Positions 16,193 through 29,210 of a DNA stretch of 64,000 nucleotides are shown here, piece after piece. Origin of the DNA: Peribolospora baueri (taxonomy: Eukaryota). Below the pieces are notes generated by a model. The model ran no database searches, was not told the origin of the DNA, and worked only from the letters and a program-made list of their open reading frames with translations. Each line of letters starts with the position of its first letter. Position 1 is the first letter of the stretch. Location of the stretch: assembly GCA_029717555.1 (NCBI GenBank), contig JAMDHS010000038.1, forward strand, positions 124,001 to 188,000, in the 5' to 3' direction. The position numbers were made by a program, and so were the translations under genes.

Positions 16193-16802
16193 CTACTGAC
16201 CGGCCCGCTTCCTCGCCCTGCTCGCGCCATAGTTCGCCCCGCTCGCCGGCGTGTCGCCCTCCGACCGCGTCGTCCCGGCCCGCTTGTCGGCCCCATCGTC
16301 CTTCTCCGAGTTGGCCGCGCTAATACCTGTGCGCAGCCTTGCTCCCGTCTGCATTCGAGTGATCATGAAGCGAGAGAGTCGCGTGGGTCTCGCTTCTGCT
16401 AGACCCCGAGGCACGCACGCGAAACGAGTGACCCCTGAGTCTTGCTCACCTCTTTCTCAACGCCCTCGGCGCTCGATACCGGATCCGCGTTGCCGTCGTA
16501 AGCGCTGTCTGACTTTGACACCTTGTCCGTCTGTCCAGCAGGCGGGCCGGGGGACGACACGGCGCGATCCAAAATTCGATCAGCGACAGCAATCTGGACA
16601 AGGTCGATCTGCCTGCTAGGCCATCCATCCACCGGTCACCCACCTCTGCAGCGCCCGGCAGACCTTGCTCGTCTCTTGAGGGGGAGCTCCGCACGGCCGG
16701 TGACGTGCTCAGCAGCGCTCTTCCTCTTCGCGGAACGTGTCGAGAGACGGCGGCAGCGGCGGCCGCGGCCATGGGTCGGAATGCAACCTTGAAGGCGGAC
16801 AT
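16193..16802 (-). CDS. Small 3-exon hypothetical protein (about 130 aa) with mitochondrial-type presequence
   Basis: MSAFKVAFRPMAAAAAAAVSRHVPRRGRALLSTSPAVR...GAAE | TDKVSKSDSAYDGNADPVSSAEGVEKE | TGARLRTGISAAN...RAGQ*. Donors GTGGGT and GTGAGC, CAG acceptors, all phase 0. Confidence 0.7.
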
Positions 16803-17084
16803 GGTTGACACGAGGTGGCGTTGGATGAAGATGGGAGGGTAAGGTAAGCTCTGGAGAGCTAGCTGGACCACATAACGGGCGATGATCAGCGCCGTCTAAC
16901 CGACTGATCGGCGATCGAGTCCTGACGTCATTCGGTATTGTCGCCCGTAGACGGAAATGTGCGGAGATGCTGGCTCGTGCGCCGGCCGCGTTTGTCGGCT
17001 CTCGGGAGATCGTTAATCTTGCCCGAGGGTTACTCGCACGGATCACTTTCACCACATTTCATCCACTCCATCCCTCGTCCTCCC

Positions 17085-19663
17085 ATGGCCGCCCGACCGC
17101 GCCCCAAGCCAAAGGCCAAGGCCGCACTACTTCCCACAGCCAGTCAGCTTGGTGGTGGACACGGCGACGTCGGGCCCTCCTCGTCGTTTATCAGCGAGCC
17201 CCACCGCGTCTCCCCTCCTCCGCCTTCCTCTTCTTCTTCCGCTTTGCGTGCACCGCTCTCGCCTCCTGCCTCCTCTCGTGCTCAGAGCGCCGCAAGGTCT
17301 GTCAGTCCAGAGAAGGCGACGAGACAACACGCGATCGTCATCGACGACGAGGACGACTTTTTCACCAGGAGGCGAGCCACTGGCTCTCGAAGATTGGGTG
17401 AGGGAGCCAGCGTGGCCTAGTGTTGTTCGTCCATGCGCTTTCGATGACCACTTTTTGCTTAGTTACATCTTCATTCCCCTTACTTTCCACGTGCGCCTCC
17501 TCTGTCGGCCCCCAGATAAGGGCAAGGCCCGTGCACGGGAGGGCACTACGGCGAAGAAGGTAGATTCGATCGTCCTCTCCGAGAACGATGACGACCACCG
17601 ACATCCTTCGGCTAGTCCTTCCAGGCTCCCTTCCTCCTTGCAACGGTCGGCCACCCAACACTCCAGTCGCTCTTCGTCTTCCTCCCCCTCTTCATCCAGC
17701 CTCTCTTCTGCCTCTGGAAATGGCAGCGATACCGACACCGAGCGGAGAAGGAAGCGAGAACGCAAGCGCGACGTCGTGACAAAGTTGCCTCGTTGGGCGA
17801 GGTCTCAAAAATACGCACTTGGGTGAGCGAGAGGACGGCGCGAACGAGCGCATGTGTGATTCACTTTGAGCTGGCGCTTTCTCGTCCTAATCAATATCGC
17901 TCGCTCGCTCGCATATGCATCCTCTCGACTGTCTTTGGTCCAAGCTTGGAGAACGACGGACCACGTACTCGTCCTCCTCCCTCCCCCTCGCGGTCCTCTC
18001 AAAAGGGTAGCCCCGAATCGTCTACCCCCCAGGCCTCGGACCTTGACAACGAGCGGGAGCAGAGTACCAGCGTCACTCCGCCCCCGAAATTGCCTGACGC
18101 TGTCCTACTCCAGAGTAGAAATGGCTGGAGGTGAGCGCTCCTTTCAAGTGGCGCGTCATCCCACCGGACCTGCCCCTCACAGCTGTGCTCCCTTTTGTCG
18201 ACAAAGGCAAATACTGGCCCACAAAACGTCGGCGGAAACAACAGACAACGTCTCTGCTTCGTCTGCCCACTCCCTCGCCGACCCTGACAAGCTCGATCCC
18301 GAGCTTGCTCGAATCCTGCAACAGGTTCAGGCGCACGTTCACTCCGCTGGTAGTAGCGGCGGCGCTGGACCTTCGTCCTCTTTTCTACACGGCGTCGACC
18401 CTTCCACACGGACAGGGCATCACAGTGGGCACGACACTGAAGAGAAAGCTCCTAGTGGCGAAGACGTGGTGGAGGACCATGTGAAAACGCGGATCAGGCT
18501 TAGTATGGTCGGCCGTTCCGCGACGGTGCCCTGTTCTTCCACTGCGACGAACCCTGAAAAAGGAGCGTTGGTGGACATGGGCAAACCGAAAATCTTTCTC
18601 GTCAATAGGGTGAGTTCGCTTCACACCTTTTCTGGTCGGCGTTTAGCTTTCTTCCGTTTGTCCCTTCACGCCCTTCGCTCTTTTTATTCATTGCTGCAAT
18701 GCCTCCCTTCTTCGGACAACGCTTACCGACTCCTCCGCCACCATCTGTTCCACAGCACGAATCCTTTGACGTGCTCTACGATGCCGTCGCAGAGAGAACA
18801 CGTATACCTCGCTCCCATCTCGTCCTTATGACCCAGGGAGGCAGCCTGGTTTATCCCAGCAGCACTCCGGAGAGCCTTGGATGGTGGACCGCGGGGGAGC
18901 TGGGTGGGTCCTCCTATCCGGCTCTTACTTACTTAACCTTGGAGGCTTGGCACGACGTCCCCGCTCACAGGGCGGCCGCGCACATCTCGGAAAAAACCTA
19001 TACTCTTCTCCAAACTGACTTGTTCCCGTCGTCGTCCTTTTCCCCCATTCCATCTTCCGCTCAGTCGGCTGCTCTCGAGAGGTGTACGACTTCATGCAAG
19101 CCGAAAAGCGCGCCAAGCGTCAGGCGCACCTCGATCTCCTAGCAGAACTCAATGGCCCCTCGTCGGCATCCTCCTCGCAGCCATCAGGGAAATCCGTCGG
19201 CCCTGCAGCCTCCCGTCGCGGCGATATGATCAGCATCTTATCTTCGGACGAAGAAGACGGGACACCGGTCGTCGTCACGTCTGACACTGAACCCGCTCGT
19301 GACCTGCAGCCGTCTTGCTCCCCCAGACCGGGCAGCCCGCCGACGGGGAGAACGGGGTTAGGGTCGCACGCCACGGCAGAGGGGACCGGAGGTAATGTCG
19401 GGGCTGGTGTTGACGCCGACGAGGATGAAGAAGGACTCCTCCGCCTGACCCTCCGCTCCAAACGGGGCAAAGACGTCCGGGTGACGGTGAAACCCACGAC
19501 GCTCGTCTCCTCCGTCCTCCAACACTTTGCACAAGTTTCAGGTCTCTCGGCCGCAGAGGCGGGCAAGGCGAGGATCGAGTTTGAAGGAGAGACGGTGGCA
19601 CCCGGGACCATGTTTGCGTCGACCGAGGTGGAGGACGAGGATATGCTCGATGTCAAGTGGTGA
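17085..19663 (+). CDS. Rad60/Esc2/NIP45 family SUMO-like domain protein
   Basis: N-terminal MAARPRPKPK and DDEDDFF. Two ubiquitin/SUMO-like domains, the last LRLTLRSK...VKPTTLVSSVL...IEFEGE...EVEDEDMLDV. SIM-like IVIDDE and ISILSSDEE. Confidence 0.8.
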
Positions 19664-20016
19664 AGGTAATGGAACCCAACCACACGCGGCCCACCGTTGT
19701 CAACGCCGCCTTTTCTTACGAAACACCTTCGTCTTCGCACTCCGTTGAAATTCTATCGTAATTTCCACGCAGGGTCAGATTTGGAGTAGTGTGAAGCAAG
19801 GTCCGGAAAGGATATAGAGCTTCTTTGCAATCTTGGAGTCACTGTGTTCCGCGCTCTCGCCTTCTAACGTTACCTCCTTGTCACTCTCCTAATCCAGCCA
19901 TGAGACATCTGTGCATGTGTAGGGGCATGAAAGCGATTACATGTCCTTCCGGGTGCTCCGAGCATCCCCTCAGATATCCATACACTGGCGGATCGCTAGT
20001 CCCAATAATGAGCTAT

Positions 20017-23000
20017 TTACAAGGTTTCGGAATTCTGGGGTTGATCCCGCATCTCCAAAAGCTCGGTGTATACGGGGATGAAGTAGCTGAGGCATTGTCG
20101 GACCTTAGCATTGTCGGCGGTATCCGGTGACTTGTATAGTTCCTCCATTTGTTCCAGGACCTGAACGGTACAATGACGGTTTGAAAAGAGATCATCAGCC
20201 AAGCCCGATGGGCGGCATTTAAGCGGAGAGCAATGACCCGAGCGCACCTGTGGATCGTCCAATGCACCTGAGAGCATCAGCTTTGCTATCCCTTCGCAAG
20301 TGATAGCTAGAGCCTCTCCATCCTCGTCTTCGAGGGCGTGCATCAAGAAACCACAAAGCTGCTCCGACTTGAGGGAATCAAGGCGCGCAGAATTGTATCA
20401 GCATTTCAAGATCATGCGTCGGCGAGGGATGGGATAATAGCACTCACGTTCTGGGCGCCCATCAGGAACTCGGTGCCGTGCGCGATCAACAGGTCGAAGA
20501 CAATCTGCAGCGCCCGCAACCTGATCTCTAACGGCCCCTCGATCGCTTGAGGAGGGAACAGACGAAAATTTCGGCGAGCCAGTTGCTGGTCGGAAGGAAG
20601 GACGGGGAGAGGGTATCGAACGAAGGTCCGAGCGAATGGTGTTCAGAAACGACTTAGGTTGTCAAACTGGGGTCTGGCTCTCTTACCTTGTCAAGCAAGC
20701 AGCACAGACCAAGGCAGACGAGGCCTTGTTCTCGCAGGCCAACATCCTTGCTGAGTACAGCGGGAGAAATCAACTGCGGAATGAGACCGTGCACGGCAGT
20801 GTTCTCTGCGAGAGCCTAAAGAATTTCAAAACATCTCGGCTTAGTCACGAGGGCTGGTTCAAGGCCACGAAGGGAAGATGAAAATTTGCCACTTACACCG
20901 ACGACCCTTTCTAGCATGGCTTGGACGATGGCCAAACAGCGAATATCAATGATGGCCTGTCGGAGAAGTGCAAATTTGGGGAAGAAGGGGGGGGGTTCAT
21001 ACACTGCAAGGCTATCGGTTCTGAAGCCTGCAGCGAAGGCAATTGTAAACATGTATTGGTAAACCTACCTGATCCTTCTCTGACGTTGGACGGTTGCTTT
21101 CGGCTGGCGGGCCCCGGCCAGGTGTCCGTCCAGGTTCGAGCTCCTCCCCCACCGTGTCCATATCTCGGAGATCTTGCACGATCTCCACAACCATACGCAT
21201 GAAGTCCTTCTCTCCCGCGGAGAGCTTGAGAAGGACGTCCAGACAGGCAGGAAGCAAAGCTTCGGAGAGTGCAGGGTCTGCCAGCATCTCACCTGCATAC
21301 AATATGAGGCGTAGTCATCGTCAGTTTGGGCAAATCGCAGCTAGCGACGTCACTTTCGCACTGTCAATGTCGACTCACGTACGAGGTTGAACATTCGCCG
21401 TCTTCCAATCTCGTCACCATAATCGGCAATCATGGCGATGCTAAGAAGCTCTTTGACGATGATCTCATGGTCCTCGTTCGTTAGATCACCATCGGCCCCA
21501 TTCGCACCTTTTGCACCCTCGCCTTCCGCCTCTTCCGTGAGCGCATTATATTCAGCTTGGAGGCGGAAGGCAAGGAGGGTGACCAGAGGTAGGGTTTCGT
21601 CGAGTCGTTCCTCGTCCTAACAAATCGAGAACGTCGTTTATTCAACGATGTCGTACGGTGGCACGACATTCGCGCGAGGATACCCACCTTAGTCTTGAGG
21701 CAGAAATCGAAGAAGACTCGAGCAGCAAATGCTTTGTGAGGCGTGAGAGATGTCCAGAATCCATCTTCGAATGAGGGAGTAAATCATTACGAGTGAGCAA
21801 TTTGCCACGCCTTCAAGACCAGAACTGCAGATCGACAGTTACCTGAGAATGGAATTGTGTCCGCAACGTGAGGTCGCAACTCGAAAGCGGACACTAAAGC
21901 CAGCTCTGCCGCTTTGCCTTCGTCATCCAGGGAGAACAGATCGAGAAACTGCACAGTGACCATCAAAGCGATCAGACCGTGACCTTCAATTGCCAATGAT
22001 GCGACTGCTGTGACTAGCGAACATACCTTGAGTGCGTCTCCCTCAAAAGCGTCGATCCACCCCGTCAAGACCTTCTGAGCTGCATTCTTCACGGACAACT
22101 CTCGATCCCGCAAACCGTGCATTACGATCGCCTTCCTCTGTTCGCCATCCAAGGCCAGCGGGGTTTGATGTGCGACCGCCAGCGCTGCGTATGTTGCTTT
22201 ACGCGTTAATGTGTCTACGTCACGAGCACGGCTCAATAGGTATGGAAGGTTGTTCGGAGAAAAGCTAATGTTGTAGACGACTGCTCGTCGTACGTCCCTT
22301 GAGATTCAATGTCATGAGTAAACGTGAGTATGACGGTATGAAACTCTAAAAAAGAAGCAGCGAGCAAAATGGTAGCACTCAAACTCACCCTGAAGAATCG
22401 TGTTGGAGGGCGTCGATCAGTGCTCGCTTGATTCGGACGGTGTCCTCCTCTTCCTCGGCATCGCCTACGCCCACCATCTTAGCCAACGAGATGGCCGCCT
22501 GCACACGAACAGATGCTTCCTTGTCGTGGAGTCGGAGCAAGAGCGCTGCGCTTAGTTGCTTGTACGTGTCATCGCTAAAATGCCAAGACAAACAGAAAGT
22601 AGCGCAAGTTAGAGAATTTCGCCATCGAAGTGAAGGAGAGGACCAGCTTACTCCATGCCTCCAACAGCGTTCACTATGAAAGCAGTAGCAAGGCAAGCTC
22701 GATAGCGCACGGTCTTGTCCTTCGCCCCAAACGCTTTAAGAATGTGACGCAAAAGGTACTCGGCAAATCGAGTGCCGGGGGTCTCCTCGTCCTCATCGTC
22801 ATCATCCTCTTCTTGGTTATCAGCGGTTCCTTTGATCTCCGCAGCGAATTGCTCCTGTGTGTCTGCCGGATTGTAGTGGAAGGTCACGGCGTAACAAAAT
22901 ACCTCAGTGTTCAAAAAGAGCACACGGAACAAAATAAAACAAATCACCAAAAACTCACAAGCGACGAAAACAGCAACAAACTTGATCACTCTGTCGGCGA

Positions 23001-23265
23001 CCGCGACGCCTTTCTTGATGGGAAGCGCCCGATCGAACATGTCGACGAAGGCGTCGTTAAACGCCTTCTCCCCAACCAGCTTGTTCCCCCGTTCTGTCCT
23101 CTCTACATGCTTGGCACACTTCACTTGCACCTTATGGAGCGCCACCGAGTTCTTCCTGTGGTTGGCGATCGTCTTCTGGACTTGCTGAAAGATGGGCGGG
23201 AGGGATTCGCTGAGCAGCGTCCCGACGTCGACCTGCTCCCCGCGGCGCTTGACGGCGGCCGGCAT
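20017..23265 (-). CDS. YCG1: Condensin subunit CAP-G (Ycg1/Cnd3), many introns, apparently short C-terminus
   Basis: IFQQVQKTIANHRKN, AKDKTVRYRAC, RLHDKEASVRVQA, RARDVDTLTRK, EKDFMRMVVEIVQDLRD, AITCEGIAKLMLSG, TADNAKVRQCLSYFIPVY. Confidence 0.88.
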
Positions 23266-23599
23266 ATCTGGATCAGATACAAGCTAGGTTGTCGAGGAAC
23301 AGAGGCTTGTCAGAAGAGGTGTCGAGGAGGCGTCAGGCGATGTCGCAACAGCTTGGAAGGGAAGCGAGCGAGTGATCGTCAGCTCGCCGTGCTCATTCGC
23401 AAAGGCGCGCTACCAGCTCCGGACGCGTCATGCACGTGACCCATTTATAAATGACGTGGGACTCGAAAACGAGTTTCAACCAGATGATTCTACATTCTTA
23501 CTAGACGAGTACGTATGCCGTAGGTCCTTACTGGTACGTGGTACATGTGCCTCTTACGGGCGCCGCAACGATGGCTTCCCCGTGCCGCTTCGCCTCACC

Positions 23600-26107
23600 T
23601 TACCTCGCCGAGGACGTGTCCTTCGAAACCGTGGCCAGTCGCCCGACCAAAGAGTCCACACCCTGCGCCCATGCACTCCGAAACTGCTCTTCAGAAAAGT
23701 TTCGCTCCGCCGCTCTCCTCGCTCTTTCGCGCATCGCCAGCTGCCCACTCAGCGGGAGGGAAATAATTTCCCATAATGCCTCCGAGAAGGTGGGGTATTC
23801 GGTGGACGTTTGACCTGACTTCGTACCCGTTATCGCGTGGAACCCTACAGGGACGGGAGGGCACGGACGTCAAGAGGAACAGATCATCAGCGGCGCCGAA
23901 AAGATGTGTTCCTGACGCGACTCATCCAAACTTGCCTGTTGCCTCGCCATCTAACGGTACAACTATGTCGTGGAGAGGTCCACCGGATGCGTGGACTAGG
24001 GGGACCAGCCCCGCAGCCTGTTAAGCAGGCAAGCAGTTAAGGCGAAGATGTTCTCCATTCAGTACTTCGGAAAGCAGGCTACGAGCACGACTGCTCCACA
24101 TGCGACGGCGAGTAAGAAGAGCGCCCAAAATCGGGCAAAAGCATTGAGCGGCAGAAACGAAAACGCACCATGAACTCGACGATATTTATGCCAAAATGCT
24201 CGTCCACCATGGTGCTGACTCCCACACTGGCTTTGGAAAGCTCCTTCAACACCTCTGAATATGGGGCGTTCACGACGAATCGGACGTTATCCTGATCACG
24301 CGGGTCGAGGCGTTGTAAAGGAAACAGAGGGGGTTGATAAGAATATCCTCAGATTGAATTCCTTAAGACGCCCAAACCAGAGGTAGGGGGCTGAGCTCTT
24401 TTGTACGCATCGCTCACCTCAATCCCGAGTTCTCGCGCCAACGCCTTGAGCTGTTCAACTCTGCGTGCGTCCCCTTCATTTCGACTACTTCCGATGAGAA
24501 CGAGCTCGATGCCGTCCCCACCCGGCGAGCGGAGTTCGGGATGCGCTTGTAAAAGGTCGCACAACATGTGCAGTTGAGCTGGGTGCTCCTTTTCCGGCCT
24601 ATTGGAGGATAGGGGCAGGAAGGCAGATTTTGGTATAAGGAAGAAAGAGCAAAAAAACAAGGGAGGAAAGCAAGCGTCAGCCGTGAGAGCGCAGCGTACG
24701 AAATTAGCAGGGCTCCTACGAGAGCGTGCTCACCTAAACTGTGCTAAGCTGACGATGTTCCTAGGTCGATCATGCAGTGGAAAGTCTACGAGCGATTTGA
24801 CATCACAGGGCGGATAGACTATACTTGCTTCTCTTCTCCCCTCTTCTTTCCTCCTACGCGCGGCGCTCAACAGAGGAAAGGGCGTACGGGCGAGAAGAGT
24901 GTCTACATGGTTCTTCGTCCAAGACGAGTTGACCATGACGCTGTCCGCTTGAGCAAGACATTGTGCGTAGACTGCGGCGAAAAGACGATAGTACCTGCAG
25001 GGAATGGAGGACAGCGGTCATTTTCCAATCGGCCAGCTCATTCTTGACAAGACCACGTTAGTCAATCTCATATCAGACGCACTGCAGCTTTATGACGCTC
25101 CTCCAGGCACTGCTGGTCACCGCCGAATCGTTGGTGTGTCCGGATTGTCGCTGCCGAACGCGCTCGAGCATATCCGTGCTATCATGGCGGAGACAAGGGT
25201 GGCAGATGAAGCACAGTTCCATAAGTTTCCAGACAGATGTGAATCGAATGCTCACCTGATGGTGGGGTAATGCACGTAAGCGCATATCGGCGCTGACGGA
25301 GCCAGTGCTCGAACGACGGGAAACGTGAAGGCGTAACCCATGGTGTCTGTCATTCCAACGAATCTGGTCAGCAACCGTTCGAGACAGAGGTCACAATGTA
25401 ACCACAACAGTTTTCTCAGGTCGCCAACTCACCAATGAAGACGTCCGGCAGCACACCCTCGTCCCCCACCAGAGCATCCCAGGCCATGCGCATGCTCCCC
25501 AAGCTCTGCCCCAGAAGTGTGAACCGCTTCCAATAGTGATCCTCTACCAAATAGCGCGACCGAACCGGGATAAACACGATCGTAGTTTTGGAGAGATGGA
25601 TCCCGAAGCGAGCCTATGTTGAATAAGGAAGAGATGGATGATGCACAGAAATTCAGGAATACTACTTCGTAAGCTTTCGAGCGAAGGTTGGCGGCCGCAC
25701 CTCTGCTTTCTCCAGGATCTCGTCTTCAGAAGCCTCCACATCGCCGGAGTAGATAGCGCATATAGCCTCCGGGCTCACGGACTGATGGTAAGCGATGGCG
25801 GTCCAAAGGACACGTTCGCCTCCACCTCCCGCGTTGCTGGACAGGTCCCATTCGACCCAGGAGCAAGGACGTGGCGGTGTGAGCGAAATGAGGGCCGGAT
25901 TGCCCTCTGAAGGGAAATGGCTCACCAGTAGGGATGAAAGAATCCAATCAACGTTCGCTTTCCATCTTTCCGCTCGTCTATGCCCAGTCCTTCCAGCACC
26001 ACCCTTCTCCGCCTAGTGTCTCGTCGGCAGATGGAGCTCAGCAGGAGCGAATAACCTAACCGGGCGGAGAGCGCTGCAAAACAGACCAGGAGCACAAGAG
26101 GAAACAT
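23600..26107 (-). CDS. ALG11: GDP-Man:Man3GlcNAc2-PP-Dol alpha-1,2-mannosyltransferase
   Basis: IGFFHPY|CNAGGGGERVLWTAI, DTMGYAFTFP, AYVHYPTI, MVNSSWTKNH, IVYPPCD, SLAQFRPEKEH, MVDEHFGINIVEFM, AAGLVPLVHASGGPLHDIV. Confidence 0.95.
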
Positions 26108-26223
26108 GGTCCGACCAGAAGGCGGAGTGTCCTGGCGTTGTGCCCTCTCGGATGCTTGCACTGCCGCTGTCAAGGTTGAGATACAAACTACCCGGCAAGT
26201 GTCAGTAGCCACGTCGCCGTCCT

Positions 26224-26235
26224 CCTCGTCTCAGG
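26224..26235. repeat. Left target-site duplication CCTCGTCTCAGG
   Basis: Identical 12-mer at 31705-31716; directly abuts the (GATT)n tail. Confidence 0.85.
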
Positions 26236-26245
26236 TCGATTGATG

Positions 26246-26309
<64 letters not shown>
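26236..26309 (-). repeat. (AATC)n 3' tail of the LINE, (GATT)n on + strand, about 17 units
   Basis: Tetranucleotide run between the LINE 3' UTR and the left direct repeat. Confidence 0.9.
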
Positions 26310-28433
26310 AGTCAACTTAAAGTTTTTGATACAAGCCAGCCGGAGGCCTAGAGAAGACTAAAAACACGACTACCGTGGGAAAGGGAAGCTGCGGCGGATC
26401 GGGACGCGAAGGGGGAGTTCGGCATACGGAGAGAAAAGAGAGGGGACTACGCTGGCAATGTGGGGCCAAAGATAGTGGACAAGGGCGTGGTGGCAACATA
26501 ACTCATACAAACTGTGCGGAGACGCCAATGGTGAGGGGCGCAGGAGGACGCATCAGGGGAGGGATGCAGCAGGGCGGCGCAAGAGGGTTGTTGGCAGCCA
26601 GCGCTCAGGACGCCAGCGCTCAGGAGAGGCCGGGCCGACCAGAACTGCCCGGCACGGTGTCATCCGAGGAGGGTCGGCTAGCGCCTGAACCCTCGGCAAA
26701 GGACAAGGGGAAGCGTCCAGTGTCTCGAAGGAAGTGCACTGTGAGCGGGAGTGCCTTCGGGTGAAACAGGAGCGTGTGTAGGTCCGTGCTGGGAATACGG
26801 CGGGCGGATAGCTCGCTTTGGAGTCGACGTCGGTGACTCTGCCATCGGGGGCAGAACAGGAGGAAATGGGCGACCGTCTCGGGGCGCCGGGAAGAGGGGC
26901 ACTTATCGTCGTCGGCGGCCCGGACTCGAGAGAGATAGCTGCGGAGCGCGCAGTGGCCGGAGCGAAGTTGGACGATGAGCGCCGCCGCACCGCGCCCCAG
27001 GCATGAGAGAGCATCGAACGCGGCTTGGGGCGACACATCCCGGCGGACGTGGGCGTGCCACGCTCCCGCCATGCTCTCTCGCAGACCGTAGTTTGGCCCA
27101 GGGTCGTCGGCCCCATGCCGCCATTTCCGAACCATTTTAGCCGCCGACGGGGAGCGCGGGAGGGACTGGGAAGGCTGTCAACGTCCGGTCCCAGGGGGAG
27201 GAGCGGACGGCGAACTGGCAAGTGGCGGCAGCGTCGGCGATTTCGTTTTCAGGGACATCGGAGTGGCCGGGGCACCATCTCGCATGGGGGGGCGGCTAAT
27301 GCGCGTAGAACGGCCTGGTTGTCGATGTGTAGCCACACCTCGCGGGCTCGCGTGTCTCCTTCGGTCCCGTCCCAGCATTCGAGCACGATGTCCACGGCCA
27401 GAAGGACCCCTACGAGCTCCGCCTCATAGAGTGTGCGAACCGCAGCGGAGCTCAATGACGTACGATGCAGACCGTTGGGGCTACCGCCGCCGCTTCGACG
27501 ACCGACCATATTTTGAGCGTTGGCTGACGACGCCGCATCCCAGGGCGGGAGGCGGGATGGTGGCGCTGTCGGTCGGGAAAGCCGGGTGGCGACGGGGTCG
27601 GAGTCCGTAGGCGGGCGGCGGAAAGAAGGTGCGCAGGAATAAGTCGGCTTGCGTGGGGGCCGAGGAGACTGACGGTGGCTCCGATGTCGAAGCCGAGGAG
27701 TCCCGGAGAGGGAGGACGCCGGTGCTGGAGGGTGGTTCGCGGGCGTACCGCGCCGCCGACCAAACGGTCGTACTGTCGAGTCCTTCCAAAAATTTCCGCC
27801 AGTGAAAACGCTTGGCCCTGAGAATGCCTGATTTCAAGCGCCGTCGCGCTCGTCGCAGTGATTCCTTGAGGTCGCCGAAGCCGGGAGAGCTGGGGTCGGC
27901 GCGTCGGGCTGCTCGCTCACAGCGCTTGACATCCCGGACCAGCGGGTTTAATACCTCTGGGTCCCACCACCGTTTAGCATAAGGGGAGGGTTAGCCCTAG
28001 GGACGTGGGCGTGCATGGCCAGCTGGAGGGCCACCGAGAACCGGGCTGCAGCATCGTCCACTTGGCGGGCGTACCCGGTATGCCTGGCCAGTCGCGTAAG
28101 TTGTCGCGCACTGACGCCACGACTTCCTCGAGATCAGCTGCCTTCCAGTTGAGCGGGCGGGGCAGTGTGGTGTAATCGGGGGGGGGGGTTGCAGGGCCGA
28201 GCCTGAAGGCGTACGAGCGCATCGACTTCTCATACCCTCCGCGAGTGCTCTTGTTCCGAGGGGCAGAGGTGCCAGCCGGGCGACTGCTCGCACACGCAGG
28301 TATCCTGTGCCCTACGCCTCGCTGCTGGCCATACGGAGGTGGGGCACATGGCAACTAGCAATGACTGCCCAATCCGCGCCGCACGACGTCAGCAACTGGA
28401 AGACGACCCCGCCCTCTCCGACAGTCTCTACTG

Positions 28434-29210
28434 ATGCTGCCTCCCTCCTCCACAACCTTGAGTCCGACCCCCCCTCCGGCTGACACCGACCGGGTCACAT
28501 GGCTGCGTGTAAAGCAATTTAACTGCAGACGCAGCGATAGCACCCTCCACTCCCTGTTGCACGATGCGGACACGACGATGCACCACATCCTATGCTTGCA
28601 GGAGCCCTACTTCATTCCCACCACTTTCCGCCTTCCCTTCTACCGCAACTGGGAGCCGGTTCTGCCTCCCTCACCCCCTGGGGCGACCACTGACCCGTCC
28701 ACCCGTCCTAGATCGGCTATGTTGCTCAATACCCATCTCCTCTCCCCCCGCGAGATCTCCGTCTTTCCGGTTACTTCAAGGGATGTCACGGCAGTCCAGC
28801 TCTCCCCTCCCGCCGGGGCACCTGCAACATGGCGCCCATTCACTCTCGTCAATGTATACAACCCCGCCCCGGCACGACTTCTGCGCTCGGCCCTCTGGCC
28901 GACCTCCTGACCCGCGTCAGCAACCTGGGGCGGCACCCCCTGCTCGTTGTTGGGGACTTCAACCTCCACCATCCGACGTGGAACCTCAGGGGGTACACGG
29001 TGGAAGAGGCCGATGCGGATCGACTCCTGGCGCTGGTCATGGCGCACGGACTTGAGCTAGCGTCGTCGACCCGCACCCCGACCTTCTTCCGAACCAACCC
29101 TCCGGCCGCCACTTGCATCGACCTCGGCTTCGCCTCTGGTCCTGCGCGGGACAGCCTAGGACGCGCGACCCTCGGCTCCTTCTCCCATGGGTCGGATCAC
29201 ATTCCAATTC
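28434..29210 (+). pseudogene. LINE ORF2 AP-endonuclease domain, inverted relative to the element, one frameshift near 28880
   Basis: Full set of APE motifs spread across ORFs 28434-28910 and 28829-29239. Confidence 0.9.
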
